Below the pieces are notes generated by a model. The model saw nothing but the letters and a program-made list of their open reading frames with translations. It did no database searches and was not told the origin of the DNA. A program made the position numbers and the translations under genes. Of a stretch of 64,000 nt of DNA, positions 30,821 to 39,084 are shown piece after piece (the first letter of the stretch is position 1; each line of letters opens with the position of its first letter). The stretch lies in NCBI GenBank assembly GCA_018238155.1, contig JABCTZ010000022.1:32001-96000 (forward strand). The letters run 5' to 3'. This DNA comes from Candidatus Heimdallarchaeota archaeon. Lineage in GTDB: Archaea; Asgardarchaeota; Heimdallarchaeia; JABLTI01.

Positions 30821-31693
30821 CTATTGGTTTTGCAATAAAATCTCGATAATCTGATTGTCCTTTTGTTGCAATATATTCACTATAATCATCTTGAACTGTT
30901 TGTGAATCTCGATAAGCATCAATATCATTTTTTTTGTTGGTGGAATTGTTTGTGTATAATCTTGTTGAACTTGTGTAGCTTCTTCTGGATTGCGTCTAAG
31001 TAATCCAGTTGCTTGAATACCAAGCCAGGGTCTCGCTCTACTCTTCAATGAAAAATTTCTCATCGGTTTAACAACTAAGTTCCCGATACGAACTTTAGCA
31101 TCTATTTTTGATTTATTTGATTTGGCAATAATTTTATCGTTCAGGATCATCTCTACATGCCATTTTTCTCTGTCATCATTCTCGTATTGAAAATTAACAA
31201 TCTGTTTTGTATCAAATTGTATTTGTGTTTCAAAAGACCATTCATTTTTATCTTCTGCAGTGAATTCAACGATTTGGCTTTCATTGATTATAAAAGTATG
31301 ATTTACTCCGTTTTCTTCTTGCTTTGATTGAACGAAAACATTATCATCTCGTGCTGTGAAAATCTTTTCTATCCATTGACCGCCTTGTGGTCTAACTGAA
31401 AATGTGTAAGTTTCATCTTGGAACAAATTAGTTAATTGATATGTTTTTGCTTGAATTTTTTCCGCAATATTCAAATTGAACCCTTTTACTAGAACATCAA
31501 AACTATCAACAATATTTGATTTCCAAGTTATTAGTGCTGAATCACTTGTTGGTTTGATTTGTAGATTAGTGATTGCACTTTCTTCTTGTTGATTTTTGAA
31601 AAATCGTCCTGTAAATCTATTATTTTTTAAATTTTGAAATTTCTCTTTTTTACTCGCAACTATTTTTATTTTTGCATTTATCCTTTCTGTCAT
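30821..31693 (-). pseudogene. Fibronectin type III-domain protein, probably frameshifted near the 3' end
   Basis: ITNLQIKPTSDSALITW...YQLTNL..DETYTFSVRP is FN3-like. After the A8 run (30928-30935) the alternative frame NDIDAYRDSQTVQDDYSEYIA looks like the true continuation. Confidence 0.55.
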
Positions 31694-31807
31694 TTTTTGT
31701 TTTACCTCTCATATAAATTTGAAAGGGATAGAAAGAAAGCACATTTTGGAGGAATGTTTAAAAAATTATTTAAGCGAAATCTCCCTACCCCAAATCAGCA
31801 TAATTAT

Positions 31808-32107
31808 TTAAATTGCAATATCCAACAAATGAATTGTTGCACTTTTTGGTCGCCCATCTCCAATAGCGAATGTCTTTTCCGCTTGCGTTATCTGTTTTGT
31901 ATGACCAAAATTCATTGTTCTTGTTTCGGCAATTCCTGAACGAATTTTGTTAATGATCTGACCTTGACCGATTTGCATCTGTCCAACTTGCATTCTTCTA
32001 CTTCTCTTTATTCCAACAACATTTTTTACGTTTTGAATGATTGCTTTTCCTCTTGTTCTAACATTAGATAATATAGTATTTGAAATTATGATTACCCCCA
32101 ATTTCAT
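31808..32107 (-). CDS. Hypothetical protein, possibly a fragment
   Basis: 99-aa ORF; an in-frame TGA lies shortly upstream. Confidence 0.35.
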   Translation of the reverse strand: MKLGVIIISNTILSNVRTRGKAIIQNVKNVVGIKRSRRMQVGQMQIGQGQIINKIRSGIAETRTMNFGHTKQITQAEKTFAIGDGRPKSATIHLLDIAI

Positions 32108-32238
32108 CGGTTGATTTGTTTTTAAAGCAGTTAATCATCTGCTATACGAAAAGTGATTTGTATTATATCTTACTTTGCGTTCTTTAGATTAATTAGTCTT
32201 TTGTTTGTTTAAACGTTTCTTTTAACTATTCTGTAACA

Positions 32239-32370
32239 TTAACTCAAAAAGAACCCACCAAAATCAATACTTATTTTTTCTTTTTTACATTCTAAGCATT
32301 TTCGTTTATTGTTTTCTACTATTTGATTAGTTTTTTTACCACAATTTGAGCAGTAGACATATACTTTCAT
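32239..32370 (-). CDS. Unannotated 43-aa zinc-ribbon protein
   Basis: MKVYVYCSNCGKKTNQIVENNKRKCLECKKEKISIDFGGFFLS; CxxC...CxxC; GGGGTGA upstream. Confidence 0.7.
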   Translation of the reverse strand: MKVYVYCSNCGKKTNQIVENNKRKCLECKKEKISIDFGGFFLS

Positions 32371-32474
32371 TCATCTATCACCCCTTTTTCATTCTTCATT
32401 CTTTTTTCTCACCTATGCGGTTTTCTCATTTTTTTCATATTGTATTGAATAGTATTATATTTAATAGTATTATT

Positions 32475-32502
32475 TTTACGAACAATAGTAAATGTTCGTA
32501 AA
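32475..32502. promoter_or_regulatory. Perfect 10-8-10 inverted repeat; candidate recombination site or operator
   Basis: TTTACGAACA-ATAGTAAA-TGTTCGTAAA, 9 bp downstream of the integrase stop codon. Confidence 0.55.
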
Positions 32503-32511
32503 GTATGCTGT

Positions 32512-33096
32512 TCATAAATCTGCATAACTCATATCTTCTCCTAGTCCTTCTATTGGTCTTGCATACAGTTTTGTAGTAGATGGTGACTTGTGCCTCGCTA
32601 ATCGAGAAGCATTAATTGAATCACGATATTTATCTAAAACTTGTGAAATATAATATCGCCTGAGTTGATGAGCAGTCAAAACCTTTCGTTTTGGATACTC
32701 TTTTGGTAAAAATTTGTTGATTTTTGTTATCTGATATGCTAAAGTATCATAACTACCAACAAGATGTTTAATTTTTGTTATGCCTTGCTTCCGTAAATTT
32801 GTAATCAAATCGTGTAATGGTTTATTGATTGCAATTGCTCTCATAGATTCCTCAGATTTTGGTGTCCAAAAACCAGCATAACGTTTCTTATGTCGTTTTT
32901 TTGCTTGTTTTTGATTGTCTTTGTATTCATATTCTTGCCAATAGTAACATTTTCTTCGTTTACAATGACTACAAGAACACTTCACAGGCGATAGTTTAAT
33001 TGAACCATATTTGCCCCCACCATCAATAATATGTTTGTCAAAATCAAAGTGGTACATCTCAGATAATCTTAAACCTGAAAATGCAAACATCTTCAA
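32512..33096 (-). CDS. Short tyrosine recombinase (catalytic domain) with CxCxxC insertion, SNJ2-like; N-terminus uncertain
   Basis: SGLRLSE, WTPKS..R, AHQLRR, LARH, TTKLY give the full R-K-H-R-H-Y set. The frame stays open upstream to about 33186 (KELEELVEEQPK). Confidence 0.85.
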   Translation of the reverse strand: MKMFAFSGLRLSEMYHFDFDKHIIDGGGKYGSIKLSPVKCSCSHCKRRKCYYWQEYEYKDNQKQAKKRHKKRYAGFWTPKSEESMRAIAINKPLHDLITNLRKQGITKIKHLVGSYDTLAYQITKINKFLPKEYPKRKVLTAHQLRRYYISQVLDKYRDSINASRLARHKSPSTTKLYARPIEGLGEDMSYADL

Positions 33097-33112
33097 AAAT
33101 AGTAAACTCTTT

Positions 33113-33593
33113 TCAAATCGTTTTGGTTGTTCTTCTACTAACTCTTCTAATTCTTTTATTACTAAATGTAATTTGCCAAATTGAACCTAAACCAGCTGGT
33201 GCATCAAAAATTACATACTCTGCTGTTAATTCTGAATGGTTGATAATATCAGCAACAAATTGCGACATACTTTCCCCAACGACTGACTTAACTGAACCCA
33301 CCAACATTGAAGTACATATTACTTCAATCGGATTTGCTTCTGTATTATGCACCCAAATGAAAGGTAATATTTTTCCGCCATCAGAAATTTGCATAAAATT
33401 TTCCTTGAAGGAATTCCCAGAAAATTCTGAATAACTTGAACTTGAAATATCTAAATCTATGTAAGCTACCCTATGTGTTTTTGATAATTCTTTGGCAAGT
33501 AACATCGCAAAAGTGGTTTATCAAGTGAATTAACTCAAGAGTTAATACAATACCTGAACCACCTTTGATAGATGCGTTTATCACTGATTTCAT
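33113..33593 (-). CDS. ParA/MinD-family ATPase, intron-split: join(33593..33551, 33519..33113); C-terminally truncated
   Basis: Spliced product MKSVINASIKGGSGKTTFAMLLAKELSKTHRVAYIDLD...YVIFDAPAGLG (149 aa). The start ATG overlaps the upstream gene's stop (TAATG). Confidence 0.8.
33520..33550 (-). other. 31-nt bulge-helix-bulge (BHB) intron candidate in the parA mRNA
   Basis: mRNA AAAGGUGGUU-CAGG-UA^U-UGUAUUAACUC-UU-GAGUUAAUUCA-CUUG-AU^A-AACCACUUUU: 10-bp exon helix, 4-bp central helix, two 3-nt bulges. Canonical cuts restore GGT AAA ACC. Confidence 0.85.
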
Positions 33594-34861
33594 TACTCAT
33601 CCTCTTCCACTATCAAATCTTCATAATTGATTTGTTGTTGAAATATTTCCCGCGTTTCATTATGAACTGGTGGTGGTGGTATATCTACATGCGGTCGTGG
33701 ATTTGTCAACACCTCAAATTCACGTGTCTTAGCATCTTGATTGACATTAGATTGACCAATTCTACTATCCTTGGGCATAGGTCTATCAGTTATCGTCTGT
33801 ATTAGTTGAGTCCCTACCCCTCGGTCAATGGCTTTATCTAAGAGCTTCATACCATCAGTTGAAAATGATTGACTTGCTTGAACCTTTACTTCAGCTAAAC
33901 GTGCATCAAAAAGCCTATTTTCGAGAGCTTTAATCTCCGCATCTTTTTCTTTAAGTTCAGATTTATGCTCTCGTTTAATATCTTTTAATTCCTCTTCGAT
34001 ACGTTCAACTTTCTTTTTGTATTCTTCTGCTTGATACTGTGCTACGTCGATTTGTCCATCTTTATCATCTAATTGCTCATCAAATCGTTCTTGTATTTTT
34101 TCCCATTCTCTTTCTTTTTCTTTATATTCCATATCCAGTTCGTATTTTTTATAAAATTCTGTAAAGTTTTGTGGTTTTGTTTCTTGAACAGAATGTCTAG
34201 AGAATCTTCTATCATCTACTGAATGTTTATTATCACCATAGTAATTAAATAACGCATCATCATATGCATCAATGATTTGTCTTATTTTACCCTTACTTTT
34301 CGTTCCTGCATCCCAGATTTCAAAATAATGCCTCACTTCTTTACTATCCAATAGTTCTCTATTTTGTTCAGATTTTCTACTGACATCTTGAATGAATTTC
34401 TTATTACACCCATAATCAGTTAAAACTTCTCGAAGAATTTCTGTGTGGATTTGGTATTTTTGTAATACAGGTGGTTCTTTTCTCTGTGTGTAAACAGGTT
34501 CCTCATCATCATATTCATCTTCATGATCATCTTCAAAATAATTTTCAACTTCTCGACGAGTTTGTGGTCGTTCTTTTTCCAGTAATGGCACTTTATCTTC
34601 TATATCTTCGTTTAATTCCTCTTCCAATTCAGCAATTCTTTCCGCTTTTTTCACTTGTGAATCAAAACTTTGTTCTTGTTCTTCTTCTTGGTCAAAAGAA
34701 AGAATAATCATTTCATCAGTTATTTGTGGGCTAAAACGATGGTTGGCAATTTTTGTAAATTTCTTCCCACAGGATAAACATTCTGCCCAAGTTTCAGAAC
34801 TTGTAGTCCATTGAAACTTTGTTTCTTCATTACATTCAGTACATATTGAATTTGTTGTCAT
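33593..34861 (-). CDS. Zinc-ribbon + acidic + coiled-coil hypothetical protein
   Basis: CTEC...CLSC N-terminus and a long heptad-like EYKKKVERIEEELKDIKREHKSELKEKDAEIKALENRL segment; GAGGAG RBS. Confidence 0.75.
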   Translation of the reverse strand: MTTNSICTECNEETKFQWTTSSETWAECLSCGKKFTKIANHRFSPQITDEMIILSFDQEEEQEQSFDSQVKKAERIAELEEELNEDIEDKVPLLEKERPQTRREVENYFEDDHEDEYDDEEPVYTQRKEPPVLQKYQIHTEILREVLTDYGCNKKFIQDVSRKSEQNRELLDSKEVRHYFEIWDAGTKSKGKIRQIIDAYDDALFNYYGDNKHSVDDRRFSRHSVQETKPQNFTEFYKKYELDMEYKEKEREWEKIQERFDEQLDDKDGQIDVAQYQAEEYKKKVERIEEELKDIKREHKSELKEKDAEIKALENRLFDARLAEVKVQASQSFSTDGMKLLDKAIDRGVGTQLIQTITDRPMPKDSRIGQSNVNQDAKTREFEVLTNPRPHVDIPPPPVHNETREIFQQQINYEDLIVEEDE

Positions 34862-35037
34862 ATCATAAACTCCTCTTCAAATATATTGGGTGTTGGATTA
34901 TAAGCTCCCAAAGCACTCCGAAAGAGCTAGAAAAGCATTATATTAATGTACAGAAAAACAAAGATATTCTTAACTGTTGCGTACATCATATATGATTTTA
35001 TTATGGAAAATATGAAAAAAGTATACAAATTGATTTC

Positions 35038-35212
35038 TTCATAATGGAATGAAAATCCATTCATAATGAACTCATATTCAATTCATTATGAGCCATAATG
35101 GAAAACTTTCATAATGAAACAACATCAAAAGTATTATACTTTCATTATGTTTTTAATTAAGTATGAATGAGCATAGTGGAAAATTGTATGAGAAAGGAAA
35201 TTCCCATAATGG
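35038..35212. repeat. Array of CATWATG near-palindromes (iteron- or parS-like)
   Basis: Exact copies start at 35040, 35062, 35084, 35094, 35110, 35143 and 35205, with a CATAGTG variant at 35172. Confidence 0.75.
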
Positions 35213-35453
35213 TTTAGAGTATGAGAATCTACTCAATACCCTCCCCCCTATACTCTATGATATTACTCATAAATCACGTAAACAAGATTATCTATAATTT
35301 GAGAAATTAGATTTGATTCCTCTAAAACATTCTAGAAAAAGTTTCCTTCAATGATTTTCTGAAATCAACCATAAATATATTCCATGCTTGAACTTCTCGA
35401 ACATATTTTTTATGTTAAATGTATGAAGAAGAAAAAAAAGTTGAATGGCATAT

Positions 35454-36593
35454 TCATGCCATATAAAATAATGCGGAAGTATTTCCGTCGAATTCTTGGG
35501 GTTTATCAAAATTTCCATCAAAAGGAGGGGACGTATATGGAAAGGCTTTAAAAGCAAAAGTGAAAACAGTTTCCATTGAAGTAGTTGCACTGCTCTTGTA
35601 CTGTAAAAGCCAAGCAAATTCTAAGAAGTAATATGTCCAAAAACCATTTTGTTTATCAGGAAAACCATATCCAACACCCTTTTCAGTACATGTGGTAGTG
35701 CAATAAACACGAGCATTATTACCCATATTCATCAAGTCAGATCCAAAGCCACCTGAACGGCAATGGTCCAGAAAGACGAAAATTCTTGCTGCTAATGCAT
35801 TCTCAAGTATTGCTGTAAGTTCCGTATCATAAAAATTACCATTTTCACCATTTTCTCCAGAATCACAGTCCCAAGCACATATGTAGGATGACCCTATACC
35901 ATCACCACTACCATGTCCAGAGGATATAAAAGCAATAATGTCATTGTCATCAGCCATGTTGACCATATTGGTTAGAGCTTGTTTGATATTGTATTCAGTT
36001 GCTTTACCATCATATTTTGGATAGTTTGACGCGTTACTATCACCATAGACCCAAATGTGATCATAATCCATCTGAGCTCCTGACAGGTGATTATACCAAT
36101 CTGTAGCATCTTCATCACAGAAACTAAGATCCCCGCCAACTTTATAATCGGAGATTCCAACAATGACTGCAAATCTCATACTATGACCTACAACGTTAAC
36201 AGTAACTTGATTAACAGCATAATTACCAGCAGCATCAAACGCAATAGCTGTTAGAAGGTGGGTTCCATCATTGACCGAAAAACCGGCATTCATAATATCG
36301 TATGATTTTTCATAAGGAGCAGTATTGTCATAGCCGAGATTAAAACTACCTAAAGCAAAAGACACTCTTGTTACGCCAACGTTATCATTTGCATTTGCTC
36401 GAACAGTAAATGCACCAGATATTGTTGCACCCGTAGAATGGCTAGTAATTGCTACTGTTGGAGGAGTAGTATCAGCGGGAGGAGGATCTGGACCTGGAAC
36501 AAATCCAAAACCCAGAGCGTTTGATATTGGCATCAAGAAAAAGCTCAATCCAAAAAATATCAATAATAATTTTTTTAAAAATCGTTTTTTCAT
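35454..36593 (-). CDS. Secreted Ig-like domain + caspase-fold (C14/C13-like) cysteine peptidase
   Basis: Signal peptide; DTTPPTVAIT...NDNVGVTRV...DAAGN (Big domain); FAVIVGISDY, SSGHG, FLDHCRSGG. Confidence 0.85.
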   Translation of the reverse strand: MKKRFLKKLLLIFFGLSFFLMPISNALGFGFVPGPDPPPADTTPPTVAITSHSTGATISGAFTVRANANDNVGVTRVSFALGSFNLGYDNTAPYEKSYDIMNAGFSVNDGTHLLTAIAFDAAGNYAVNQVTVNVVGHSMRFAVIVGISDYKVGGDLSFCDEDATDWYNHLSGAQMDYDHIWVYGDSNASNYPKYDGKATEYNIKQALTNMVNMADDNDIIAFISSGHGSGDGIGSSYICAWDCDSGENGENGNFYDTELTAILENALAARIFVFLDHCRSGGFGSDLMNMGNNARVYCTTTCTEKGVGYGFPDKQNGFWTYYFLEFAWLLQYKSSATTSMETVFTFAFKAFPYTSPPFDGNFDKPQEFDGNTSALFYMA

Positions 36594-36705
36594 TTATCAT
36601 TTCACCTATTAATTTTACCTTTTCATAACTTCTTCCCCTAAAAAAGGGTTAAATTTATAACTATTCTATCAATTTATAAATTTACTTTGAAGCTTATTCA
36701 ACTCT

Positions 36706-37659
36706 TCATTTAAAATCATCCAATGTGATACTATCCAGAAGATTGGCTATCACTTCGATTTTTGATTCAATTTGCCTTTGTTTTTCCATATTGGAAGAAT
36801 CTTTAAAGTACATTAACGCTTCATTTAACTCAGTTTTAAACTGAAAGAGCTTACTATAATGTTCAAGTGTAAGTTGATTATGTGGTAACCGAAAGAAGTT
36901 ATTCAACTGTTCTTCAATCTGGGAGATACTTTTTGAATAGATCAAATCCTTAAATTGAATGTATTCATCGGTAATTTGTAAACCAAGGTCTTCTTTCAGT
37001 TTTTTCTTCTCTATCAATCCCTCTAGTCGTTTTTGTTTCAAATTTACTTTCTGTGAGAGCTGAGCAAAGGAGATTTCCCCTTGAGTTTCCTTAGCAATCA
37101 ATAGTACTCCTTTTGTCTTTTCATATTGTTTTTGCATTTTGTTTGTGAACATCAAATACAAACTGAAAGTTATTATTGATACAATGGATACTATCAGATC
37201 AATAACTAATGCAATCATTCCAGCGTATTTACAATTAAAAAATCTTATAGACTCTATTCTAATAACTGTCATCATAGATAAATGCCATTCCAAGTTATTT
37301 CTAATTTCTATAATAGTCCGAGGTGGCATCCGTATATAATTAGTTTTACAAGCAAATACTGTTGAAGGTTCTAATCGAAACTGCCATGAGTTATCATACG
37401 ATACAACAATTCCATATATAAATATGTGAGAACTAAGATTTGTCTCATAAACTTTTCGTATCTGTTCCCAAATACTACTATTGGACATATCAACTGCTAG
37501 CTGATTTCCATCAATGTCTTCTATAATTGCCCATCTGTTGGTCTCATGTTTAATATCTTCTGAATTATTAATAATGAGAAAGTAAGTCGGAAACCCAAAA
37601 AGTAATACCAAAATTACAAACAAGGAAAATAACGCTATTATTTTTCTTCGCTCTTTCAT
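36706..37659 (-). CDS. Membrane protein (two TM helices) with a helical/wHTH-like C-terminal domain
   Basis: N-terminal and central TM helices; GEISFAQLSQKVNL. Confidence 0.6.
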   Translation of the reverse strand: MKERRKIIALFSLFVILVLLFGFPTYFLIINNSEDIKHETNRWAIIEDIDGNQLAVDMSNSSIWEQIRKVYETNLSSHIFIYGIVVSYDNSWQFRLEPSTVFACKTNYIRMPPRTIIEIRNNLEWHLSMMTVIRIESIRFFNCKYAGMIALVIDLIVSIVSIITFSLYLMFTNKMQKQYEKTKGVLLIAKETQGEISFAQLSQKVNLKQKRLEGLIEKKKLKEDLGLQITDEYIQFKDLIYSKSISQIEEQLNNFFRLPHNQLTLEHYSKLFQFKTELNEALMYFKDSSNMEKQRQIESKIEVIANLLDSITLDDFK

Positions 37660-38140
37660 TCTGTATCCCTTCTCTAATTATACAATTACCATTTTTCAAA
37701 CTCTTCTTTAGTAAATCTACTTTAATAAAAATCTTCTCTGCTTAATTTGGTGAAAATTAAATGTTATTAAAAAACTATTCACCACATGAAAGATTGGAGC
37801 TCTAGCAGATTCATATATTTTTCTATGAGAACTGTGAAAGAGCTCTGTGCAAAGCAACAGCTAACAGTAACAGCGTTGTATTGAAACAAAGGGATTTCCA
37901 GGAAGTTTCTTCTATCATTTACATAAACCTGATTTCAACAATAGATAACGATTGCTCTCTATCAAGTGCTTCATAAATTAATTCTCAACTATTCATTCTT
38001 TTTCTTCACCTTTAGTGAATTAATTACTTCATTTGTTTCAACAACAAAAGCAACAAATCTACAAATATCCCTAATACCTTCTTTACGTTCTTCACTCATC
38101 AAAACGCCTTCTTCACCTTTCATGATCCGTTTCAAATTGA

Positions 38141-38935
38141 TTATTCTGTGTTGAATTCTTTCTTAGGATTGAACCAACCACCATCTTTTTCGATTTTAAA
38201 ACTATCTGTGCCAATTTTAATTTCATGTTGTCCTACACCATAATACTTGGAGATTTCAACGTCACCATTCCAAGTGACAGAAGCACTGTTACCAATAGTT
38301 TCGATAGATTCAAGATGCCCATAAGAACCATCATCAATATTCAAATAAGTTCCTAATCTAATTTCGTAATCTGTTCCACCATTTACAGTTACAGAAACTG
38401 TGTGACTGAAAATTACAGAATCCTGTTCGTATGGGAATGATGCGTGATTTTGAGGATCAAGTAAATCTATAGAAATGTCAATGTTGGTAAATTCGTATGT
38501 ATTAAAAATGGCAACATTAGTTTGTTTTGTTCCTAATGTCAAAATTACAACATAAATATCTTGTTTCAATGTTATGATAAAATAGAAGGTATGCATACCA
38601 AAAGTGAATCCAGCATAATCAGCAGATACTGGTATAATGAAAGGATCTGCAGTATGCCAAGTATTCGTTGTTCCATTAACTACACTTGTTCCATCGATTA
38701 CTAAAACCCACTCGACGTATAAACTTGACATTTCCATAGGATCAATTTGAACATGTGCACAAAAATGCTGAACATTAGATTCGTCGCATCCGAAAAATGT
38801 CTCTCCATCGCCAACTGAATTTGAATAATTAACATTATAAGCACTCCAACTATCAACGTCAGGAGCAACATAATGTACTGTAGGTAAACCAACAATTATT
38901 ACAACTACTAAAGATACTAATAATTTCCTTTTCAT
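38141..38935 (-). CDS. Secreted beta-rich hypothetical protein, possibly 3'-truncated
   Basis: MKRKLLVSLVVVIIVGL signal-like N-terminus (ATG at 38935). Confidence 0.6.
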   Translation of the reverse strand: MKRKLLVSLVVVIIVGLPTVHYVAPDVDSWSAYNVNYSNSVGDGETFFGCDESNVQHFCAHVQIDPMEMSSLYVEWVLVIDGTSVVNGTTNTWHTADPFIIPVSADYAGFTFGMHTFYFIITLKQDIYVVILTLGTKQTNVAIFNTYEFTNIDISIDLLDPQNHASFPYEQDSVIFSHTVSVTVNGGTDYEIRLGTYLNIDDGSYGHLESIETIGNSASVTWNGDVEISKYYGVGQHEIKIGTDSFKIEKDGGWFNPKKEFNTE

Positions 38936-39084
38936 TTTTTTACTTCCTAAGTTCTGGTCTTTCAACACCGACAAGAGGCATCTTATCGAAATGAGATTAT
39001 TAATAAAACCTTTATCCTTTTCTTACAATTCTAAAGATGAAAGAAAAAACATAAATCTTGTGGTTGAGTAAAAAAAGAAAAACA

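Noticed and set aside
33166-33216. Second BHB-like fold in parA (ATGTAATTT-TTGA-TGC-ACC...GGT-TCAA-TTTGGC-AAATTACAT)
   Set aside because: The 3' bulge is 6 nt, and excising the predicted 23 nt would delete the conserved DAPAG motif and lead straight to a stop.
33520-33550. Alternative reading of the 31-nt parA insert as an IS200/IS605-derived palindromic MITE (hairpin, TTGAT end, no target duplication)
   Set aside because: It does not explain why the flanking exons pair over 10 bp or why both boundaries fall exactly at canonical BHB cut positions. It is not fully excluded as the insert's origin.
35038-35212. CRISPR or mini-array interpretation of the CATWATG repeats
   Set aside because: Repeats are only 7-11 bp with irregular short spacing, and no cas genes are present.
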